The notes beneath the pieces were generated by a model. It worked only from the letters and a program-made list of their open reading frames with translations. It ran no database searches and had not been told where the DNA came from. From positions 24,718 to 88,717 of the forward strand of contig JAQTZV010000014.1 in the NCBI GenBank assembly GCA_028687585.1: 64,000 nt of DNA. Reading direction: 5' to 3'. Both the position numbers and the translations under genes were made by a program. This document shows, one piece after another, positions 57,849-64,000 of the stretch; positions within the stretch are counted from its first letter, which is position 1, and the number at the start of each line of letters is the position of its first letter. The stretch comes from Desulfuromonadaceae bacterium. Lineage in GTDB: Bacteria > Desulfobacterota > Desulfuromonadia > Geobacterales > Pseudopelobacteraceae.

Positions 57849-58055
57849 ATGGCAGGATTACGCACAAATACTATGAAACAGCAGACAAGAGGTCTTCGAA
57901 ACCACATACTATCTATGAGAGTCAACAAAGATGAATGGGGGGTGATTAAAGATTGCGCACATCAGAGGGGCGCACGCGTGTCAGAGGTCATGAGGGATGC
58001 ATTGCGAATGTACATGCAGCGAAGTGTAGATCATACATACGGAAAGGAGTGTTGA
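57849..58055 (+). CDS. Possible ribbon-helix-helix (CopG-like) small regulator
   Basis: ILSMRVNKDEWGVIKDCAHQRGARVSEVMRDALRMYM fits a beta-strand/helix/helix pattern. No convincing SD at any of the three candidate ATGs. Confidence 0.4.
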   Translation: MAGLRTNTMKQQTRGLRNHILSMRVNKDEWGVIKDCAHQRGARVSEVMRDALRMYMQRSVDHTYGKEC

Positions 58056-58056
58056 A

Positions 58057-59379
58057 ATGAAAAATAAACTGGTAGCAACGTGTATGCTGGCGACTCTGGC
58101 TGGGACAGCTTCTTTTGCTCTGGCGGCAGGACTGAAAGTAAATGAGCAGGGGGCAAAGGCGATGGCGATGGGAAATGCTTTTACCGCACAGGCCGATGAC
58201 CCTTCGGCACTATTCTACAATCCGGCCGGTATCTCCTTCCTCAAGGGGACCCAGGTCAGTCTCGGTTCTACAACTATTTATGTACCATCGACCGAGTTTA
58301 GAGGCACAACTCCACTCAGTGGCACTACACCGGTATTCGAAAAGGCAAAAGAGGACATTTTCATCGCACCCGCTTTCTATGTAACGCACTCTTTTGAAGG
58401 GCAACCGGTTTCAATCGGTTTGGCAGTGAACGCGATTTATCCTCTGGCAAAAAGCTGGGATGACAGCAGCGTTTTTCGTGCCGAAGTTATGAACATCGAA
58501 GTTAAGCCGATCAACTTTCAATCAACAGTAGCGTACCGTTTCGATAACTGGAACCTCTCCGTTGCTGCTGGACTCGATGTTACCTATGCGATAGTCACCA
58601 TGCAAAAGGCCGCCTACGCCACTCCCACTACCCCCGGCACTGCCTATGAGCTGGGAAATATGGGTCTTGACGCAACCGCCACAGATTTAGGCTGGAACGC
58701 CGGCCTGAAATGGAAACCGCTGCCGAATCTCTCTTTTGGTGTTGCCTACCGAAGTGAAATAGAGCTGAAACTCGAGGGTGATGCCAACTTCCTCGCAACG
58801 ACACCCCTCGGGTATACTGCAATCGGGATGACAACCGGCGCGACCTCACCCTATTCGAGAACGCGCGTCTCCTCGACGGTATCGTCAACGGTTACGCTTC
58901 CCGACAGCCTGGCCATGGGTGTCGCCTGGCAGCCGAACGACAAGCTGACCGTTGAATTTGATGCCGAACGAACCGGCTGGAGTTCCTTGGAAAAACTGGA
59001 TTTCAAATTTGATAGTCCGCAGTTTGCCAGCTTTAACAACAAACCAAAGCCTCTGAAGTGGGAGGACGTCTGGTGTTACAAGGTTGGCGGCCAATATGCG
59101 CTGACTAAAAATATTGATCTCCGTGCCGGTTACATGTATGACAAGAACCCTATCCCCGCTGACACTCTCGGACCGGTACTTCCGGATGCCACTCGCCACA
59201 GCTTCACTATCGGTCAGGGTTTTCACAACGATGTGTTCGCGCTTGACCTTGCTTACATGTATACCCACTTTCTTGACAGAACGGTCAATAACCAGGATAT
59301 GGTGGAGCTGAGAGGGGCGAACGGTACCTACAAGAGCGATGCTCATCTCTTCGGTGGTTCGGTTACCGTAAAGTTTTAA
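58057..59379 (+). CDS. FadL/OmpP1/TodX-family outer-membrane long-chain fatty acid channel
   Basis: Signal peptide, ...ALFYNPAGISFL motif, beta-barrel ending in ...GGSVTVKF. AAGGAG SD. Confidence 0.85.
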   Translation: MKNKLVATCMLATLAGTASFALAAGLKVNEQGAKAMAMGNAFTAQADDPSALFYNPAGISFLKGTQVSLGSTTIYVPSTEFRGTTPLSGTTPVFEKAKEDIFIAPAFYVTHSFEGQPVSIGLAVNAIYPLAKSWDDSSVFRAEVMNIEVKPINFQSTVAYRFDNWNLSVAAGLDVTYAIVTMQKAAYATPTTPGTAYELGNMGLDATATDLGWNAGLKWKPLPNLSFGVAYRSEIELKLEGDANFLATTPLGYTAIGMTTGATSPYSRTRVSSTVSSTVTLPDSLAMGVAWQPNDKLTVEFDAERTGWSSLEKLDFKFDSPQFASFNNKPKPLKWEDVWCYKVGGQYALTKNIDLRAGYMYDKNPIPADTLGPVLPDATRHSFTIGQGFHNDVFALDLAYMYTHFLDRTVNNQDMVELRGANGTYKSDAHLFGGSVTVKF

Positions 59380-59425
59380 CGACTCACAAACCAACGTACA
59401 CTATATAAACCAGAGAGGTAATGCC

Positions 59426-61762
59426 ATGAATACACGTATTATGAGACTACTGTTATATCTCGGCTTTATTTTGGTGACCGGCTGCTCCAGTTCGGACCCG
59501 TCAGGCACCAACAGCCCCAGAACACCACTCAGCAACAGTAACAACTCGGCGATTTTTAATCCCTTGACCGGGGATATACCGCTGCCGAACGTCCTGGCTA
59601 CAGCGACCGCCGCCGACCCGCTTACCGGGAGGGCTGCCAACAAGCCGATGACACCACCTGAGGCACTGGCATATATCAACAAATATGAAGTGGCCTCTAC
59701 CAACGCAGTCGCCGGTGTGAATGCCCCGATTTACATCAGATTCTCCGCTCCGGTGGACGCTGCAACGGTTACTGCCGCCAACATCAAGGTGTTTCAACTG
59801 ACTCCGGACTCTTTAGGCAACGAGCAATATCCGCTTGGATTTACCGATGTTTCAGGCCTGTTTGACTATACAAAATACAACGCTGGAAGCACGGATCTGT
59901 TGCTCTTTCCGAAATTTCCACTCACGCCGGGAACCCGCTATCTGTACGTAGTCACCAATCGGGTGCTGGATGCCGCCAGTGGCAAACCGATCATCAGTTC
60001 GACCTATTTCGATATGCTTAAATCAAAATACGAGCTTGTTGGCCAGACGGCTGCGTTGGAGCCGGTCCGCGCTAACGTCATGAGCGGAACCACGATCAAG
60101 TTTTCCGGTTATGCCAAAGTCATGGACGATCTTATTTTGGCGAAAGATACTACAACTGTTACCAGCCGCGACGATATCGCCCTCATGGGAAGATTTATCA
60201 CTACCGGGGCGGGATTTGTATCCAAAGACGCCATCGGTACCATGATACCGGTTGAAAGCGGTCTGCGCGCCTTCGCTGCTGGTGCAGCTCTTGGCGGTCT
60301 GACAGGAAAAACATGGACAAACGCAGTTAACGACGCAACAACGATTCCAGCTGCCGCATACTGGACAGCTGTGACCGGTTCCACAGCAAATCTTCCGAGT
60401 ACCGTGGCAAGCGTTGTAACCGGTACCATTAACAGTGCACAGCTTTCAATTGATCCGGTCGTGGCAAAGGCAAATGCTTCATCCATGGATCTTACAGAAG
60501 TTGCAGGCGCTTACAACTTTCAAGGCGCCGGTGTGGCGCAGCCGAATCGTGACGCTACCGGTGCATTAACCGGATATTATCACACGACAACCACTGTTCC
60601 GTTTGTTCTTCTGACTCCGGCAACTCCATCCGGGAAGGTTGTTATCTTCCAACACGGAATTACCGGTCAAAAAGAGCAGGTCTTGGCAGTTGGAGGGTCA
60701 CTTACCGCTGCTGGCTACACGGTCGTAGCCATAGATCTCCCGCTTCATGGCGCATTAGCCATTCCGACTCATACCAGCGGGGCGGTCTGGGGTCAGGATT
60801 TCATGGCGATCGGAGCACCGCTGGCAACACGCACCAACATTCAGCAGGGCGCATTCAACCTGAACCGGCTTGAACTCACCATGAGAACGGGCGGTTTTGC
60901 GGCTCAGGGGATTATACCCGCGCCGACCGTAGACATAAAATACGTCAGCATCAGTCTTGGCTCCATTGTTGGTTCATACTACCTGGCCGGTAACACGACA
61001 CTTGCCACTTCCGGTTATCCATATACACAGACCACCTTGGACAGCGACATGAAAGGATTTTTGAGTGTCCCCGGTGGCCGTCTCGCATATCTGCTGCAGA
61101 ACAGCCCTGCATTCAGTCCAAGTATTAACGCAGGATTGGCAGCAGTGGGTATCGCTGCAGGAACACCAACCTACAACAGTTTCTTCCAGGTAACACAGAG
61201 TGTTGTCGATACGGTTGATCCGGCAACAATGACGACTCCGCTTGCTGTTGGCCTTCCTTCTCGTCTTTCAGGCCGTGTTGCTATTCAGGAAGCGGTTGGC
61301 GACCTGGTCATTCCTAATGAAAACACCCGTTACCTTGGCAATGCTCTTGGCGGACGTGAAGTGCTTGGCGCCGCTGCTGCTGCGATAGCACCGGGATTCA
61401 AACAGTTGAGTTATATTGCTGAATCACGGGTTCCCTCCTCATTCATGTATACTCTGACGGCAGGAGCGCCACCGGTGATACTCAAGTCCGGCCCGGCAGC
61501 GGTAAGCGGTTCCGGATCGGCTACACCAGTGGAAGGCTACTTCCAGTTCGACCAAACGGGTATTGGCCACGGCTTCCTGATTGATAATACGACACCCGCC
61601 AATACCGCCCTTGCCCAATCGCAAATGGTGCAGTTCCTGCTGTACGGCGGGATTGTCGATCCTACCCCGGCAGCTGCAGCTAAACGGGCATTTTTAGATC
61701 AGATTCCGGCAATGTACACTGATATTCGTTTGCCGCCGGTGGTGAATATTATAGGGTACTGA
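59426..61762 (+). CDS. Lipoprotein, putative extracellular lipase/alpha-beta hydrolase
   Basis: Lipobox LVTGC, VIFQHGITGQKE oxyanion-type motif, SISLGS nucleophile-elbow variant. Lies between the fadL-like and SCP2 genes. Confidence 0.6.
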   Translation: MNTRIMRLLLYLGFILVTGCSSSDPSGTNSPRTPLSNSNNSAIFNPLTGDIPLPNVLATATAADPLTGRAANKPMTPPEALAYINKYEVASTNAVAGVNAPIYIRFSAPVDAATVTAANIKVFQLTPDSLGNEQYPLGFTDVSGLFDYTKYNAGSTDLLLFPKFPLTPGTRYLYVVTNRVLDAASGKPIISSTYFDMLKSKYELVGQTAALEPVRANVMSGTTIKFSGYAKVMDDLILAKDTTTVTSRDDIALMGRFITTGAGFVSKDAIGTMIPVESGLRAFAAGAALGGLTGKTWTNAVNDATTIPAAAYWTAVTGSTANLPSTVASVVTGTINSAQLSIDPVVAKANASSMDLTEVAGAYNFQGAGVAQPNRDATGALTGYYHTTTTVPFVLLTPATPSGKVVIFQHGITGQKEQVLAVGGSLTAAGYTVVAIDLPLHGALAIPTHTSGAVWGQDFMAIGAPLATRTNIQQGAFNLNRLELTMRTGGFAAQGIIPAPTVDIKYVSISLGSIVGSYYLAGNTTLATSGYPYTQTTLDSDMKGFLSVPGGRLAYLLQNSPAFSPSINAGLAAVGIAAGTPTYNSFFQVTQSVVDTVDPATMTTPLAVGLPSRLSGRVAIQEAVGDLVIPNENTRYLGNALGGREVLGAAAAAIAPGFKQLSYIAESRVPSSFMYTLTAGAPPVILKSGPAAVSGSGSATPVEGYFQFDQTGIGHGFLIDNTTPANTALAQSQMVQFLLYGGIVDPTPAAAAKRAFLDQIPAMYTDIRLPPVVNIIGY

Positions 61763-61787
61763 TACGCTGTAATACGTTTGTGTAGGA

Positions 61788-61817
61788 CTGAAGGCGGAGC
61801 TTCGGCTCCGCCTTCAG
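61788..61817 (+). terminator. Strong stem-loop after the lipase gene (weak T tract)
   Basis: CTGAAGGCGGAGC-TTCG-GCTCCGCCTTCAG. Confidence 0.5.
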
Positions 61818-61841
61818 TAATTTACCTGTAAGGAGAATCAG

Positions 61842-62147
61842 ATGCAGGAAGAAATATTCACTGCAATGCAGGAACAGTATCAAAAGGGTGTCTTCACCAT
61901 ACCGACAACATTCTACTTCTCCGTCGACGATATCAAAAAAACGGTGACGCTGGACGCTGAAAGCTGTACGGTCGAAAACGGCAAGACTGTTGCGGAGGCC
62001 GATTGCATCTGCAAAACCAGCTGGGAGATGTTCAGCAGGATCTGGAATGACGGGTATCGTCCCGGGATCATGGATTTTATGGGGGGCGCCATCAAGTCAA
62101 ATGCTCCACAACTCCTGCAGCAGTTGCTGGTTGCTTTTGGTAAGTAG
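61842..62147 (+). CDS. SCP-2 sterol/lipid-transfer domain protein
   Basis: 101 aa, ...DCICKTSWEMFSRIWNDGYRPGIMDFMGGAIKSNAPQLLQQL resembles the SCP2 C-terminal pattern. AAGGAGA SD. Confidence 0.65.
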   Translation: MQEEIFTAMQEQYQKGVFTIPTTFYFSVDDIKKTVTLDAESCTVENGKTVAEADCICKTSWEMFSRIWNDGYRPGIMDFMGGAIKSNAPQLLQQLLVAFGK

Positions 62148-62218
62148 CTCTTCAAGTGAATTTTTCAATCCATTCCCTTGACATCGGCAGTTCGCTCTGG
62201 TAGTCAGATACGTGTAAC

Positions 62219-62293
62219 GGGCGTTTAGCTCAGCGGGAGAGCACTGCCTTCACACGGCAGGGGTCACTGGTTCGATCCCAGTAACGCCCACCA
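62219..62293 (+). tRNA. tRNA-Val (anticodon CAC)
   Basis: Hand-folded cloverleaf: acceptor GGGCGTT/AACGCCC, D arm GCTC-AGCGGGA-GAGC, anticodon arm CTGCC-TTCACAC-GGCAG, T arm ACTGG-TTCGATC-CCAGT, encoded CCA. Confidence 0.95.
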
Positions 62294-62303
62294 TAAAAAT
62301 CAA

Positions 62304-62339
62304 GGGGTTAGAGAATTTCTCTAGCCCCTTTTGTTTTGC
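62304..62339 (+). terminator. Intrinsic terminator after tRNA-Val
   Basis: 11-bp stem GGGGTTAGAGA-ATT-TCTCTAGCCCC followed by TTTTGTTTT. Confidence 0.75.
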
Positions 62340-62534
62340 AATTACCTGCCATGCGGCAAATATAACAGTGGCAGAGGAAATTTCGTCAGCAGACAGGATC
62401 AGCTCAGCACGCAATGTTGAAGAGGATGCTTTCAGGGAAAGTCCGGATTGTCAGCGCTTTGTGTGCCATGGCACCAGCAGCAGTTTGTTCTGGCGGCCAC
62501 GGATTGAGTGACTTCAGGCTGAGTCATGTTGATG

Positions 62535-62610
62535 ATTCGTAAGTCCGGTTATGCCAGCACGCAACGAGACCTTGCCAAGGTCGAAGACGCGGGTTCGTAA
62601 ACCAATACGG
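62535..62610 (+). pseudogene. Degenerate tRNA-Gly(GCC)-like fragment
   Basis: AGCACG...GACCTTGCCAAGGTCG...CGCGGGTTCG resembles the D-stem, anticodon arm and T arm of tRNA-Gly-GCC. It has an insertion and no acceptor stem. Confidence 0.3.
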
Positions 62611-62741
62611 TTTGCTGTTGAGTTTAGTTAGATAACAAAGGGTGCAGCTGCCATAACAAGGCATGCAATTATAAGCAGTATGGTATGGCCGATGAAGTAT
62701 GGAACAATGAGGTTAGACGTCAATGGTAGACACGAAAGAAT

Positions 62742-62984
62742 TCACGCCGCTGCCAATAGTTGATGGTACTGCTGTTCGTATGCCACTGGCGAAAGATAGC
62801 CAAGTTTTGTCTGAATTCTCTGTCTGTTGTAAAACACCTCTATGTACTCCGTGATTTCCTTTGTCGCTTCCTGCTTGGTTGCAAACTGCCTGTGATGTAC
62901 CAGCTCGTTTTTCAAGGTTCTCCGGAAGTTTTCCATAGGGGCGTTATCATAACAGTTACCCTTTCTACTCATTGAGGAGGTCAT
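62742..62984 (-). pseudogene. IS3-family transposase (OrfB integrase core), C-terminal fragment
   Basis: SMSRKGNCYDNAPMENF...EYIEVFYNRQRIQTKLGYLSPVAYE is the conserved IS3 C-terminus. An in-frame stop lies just upstream, and no N-terminal part is present. Confidence 0.8.
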
Positions 62985-63142
62985 GCCAAACTGCTCCAGT
63001 CAGCAAACCTTTGCCTGGACGTTTTGCCGCTACAGCACGGAATAGAGACTGGCTGATAGATGTCGTGAAAGAATGCTCAAATGACGATATACACTCCTGC
63101 TAAATTGCAGTTAGTCGAAAAATACTGGCTACCTATCGGATT

Positions 63143-64000
63143 TTATGAAGTCGGTAAGTGCACAGTTGCCTCAGTCCCAACCCCCTTCTTGCTTGTAATA
63201 GCAAGCTTTCCGCCATGTTCCTCGATTATTTTCTTCACAATAGGCATGCCGAGGCCGGTCCCGCTTGTTTTTGTTGTATAGAACAGTTCAAATACATGCT
63301 CCAGGGTTTCCCGGTTCATGCCCGAACCACGGTCTGCAATAGAAACAACCAGTTCTTTTCTGCTCATTTTAGCGCTTATGATAACCTGTCCTCCTTGGTG
63401 GGAGGCGTCAATGGAATTATCGATCAGATTGACAAGGGCTCTCTCAATATGAAATCTATCAATCGTTATAGTGAAATTTCCCACAGGAACGTTCACCAGA
63501 ACGGTGACCTCCCGTTCCACTGCTTTTGTCCGGCATTCATCAACGGATCGAGTGATGGATTCCACGAGATTGCAATTATTGAGATCCAACTGTATCGGTT
63601 TGGCAAAATCGAGTACATCATTGACAATCCTCTGCATGGCGCGTGCTGACTCCGCAATAGCCTGTGCCGCTTGGCCACAGTCCCCCTTTCCCTCACAGAT
63701 GCGCCTGGCAAATCCTGAAATAGAGATAAGCGGGTTTTTCAGGTCATGCACGATAACGGTGGCAATCCTGCCAACACCCGCCAGGTACCGTTCATGTTCA
63801 ACTTCTTTACTCTTTTTTCGTTCTCGCTCCACAAGAGTACCAACTACAAGCGCAATCACCCCTGATAAAACAAGATGAAGCGTCCTGTCAGCATAACCCT
63901 GAATACTTGTCGTCCAGGGAGCGAAAAAGAAGGGAATGTAAGCGGCTGAAACAAAGAGCCAGGTGATAACAGCGCCCTGCATGCTGAAAAGCAACACCCC
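63143..64000 (-). CDS. Membrane sensor histidine kinase (N-terminus may extend beyond the window)
   Basis: TM segments, VHDLKNPLISISGFA H-box, GTGLGMPIVKKIIEEHGG G2 box. The frame is still open at position 64000. Confidence 0.8.
   Translation of the reverse strand, partial: GVLLFSMQGAVITWLFVSAAYIPFFFAPWTTSIQGYADRTLHLVLSGVIALVVGTLVERERKKSKEVEHERYLAGVGRIATVIVHDLKNPLISISGFARRICEGKGDCGQAAQAIAESARAMQRIVNDVLDFAKPIQLDLNNCNLVESITRSVDECRTKAVEREVTVLVNVPVGNFTITIDRFHIERALVNLIDNSIDASHQGGQVIISAKMSRKELVVSIADRGSGMNRETLEHVFELFYTTKTSGTGLGMPIVKKIIEEHGGKLAITSKKGVGTEATVHLPTS

Noticed and set aside
57548-57934. 128-aa plus-strand ORF in the AT-rich fadD / fadL intergenic region
   Set aside because: It has a low-complexity Phe/Ile/Leu-rich translation, no SD, and spans the predicted promoter and operator.

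Overview
This 64-kb chromosomal segment looks deltaproteobacterial (Desulfuromonadales/Geobacter-like); that assignment is inferred from gene content only. Gene order, left to right:

- Two translationally coupled hybrid histidine kinases and a periplasmic binding protein.
- An unannotated 33-aa Cys-containing peptide gene followed by a radical SAM/SPASM maturase (a minimal RiPP cassette). This is the best candidate for an uncharacterised system.
- A TonB-dependent receptor.
- A YgbA-like/ferredoxin pair.
- A dCache kinase and a sigma-54 response regulator, divergent from a sigma-54-driven periplasmic formate dehydrogenase operon. fdnG contains an in-frame UGA selenocysteine codon, so the ORF track splits it. 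fdnH and fdnI follow, then exported glutaredoxin-like and peroxiredoxin genes, fdhE and mobA.
- Housekeeping genes: ftsK, a C-N hydrolase, a family-4 UDG and a CCA-type nucleotidyltransferase.
- A decayed 1.7-kb mobile remnant bounded by imperfect direct repeats. It holds a DUF551 gene, 49/50-bp tandem repeats, a 24-bp-arm palindrome, an IS110 transposase N-terminal fragment with a structured leader, and a small secreted protein.
- A chemoreceptor with a periplasmic CxxCH heme motif.
- Miscellaneous hydrolase and transporter genes.
- A roughly 26-kb lipid block: acyltransferases, several acyl-CoA dehydrogenases, an Fe-S protein with a CNCCSCCC motif, hydratase, thioesterase, dienoyl-CoA reductase, thiolase, FadB-like, FadD-like, FadL-like, a lipoprotein lipase and SCP2.
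- tRNA-Val followed by a degenerate tRNA-Gly-like fragment and an IS3 transposase fragment.
- A partial histidine kinase at the window end.

I saw no CRISPR array, rRNA or recognisable defence system. All calls rest on reading the sequence and on remembered family motifs; no database search was run.
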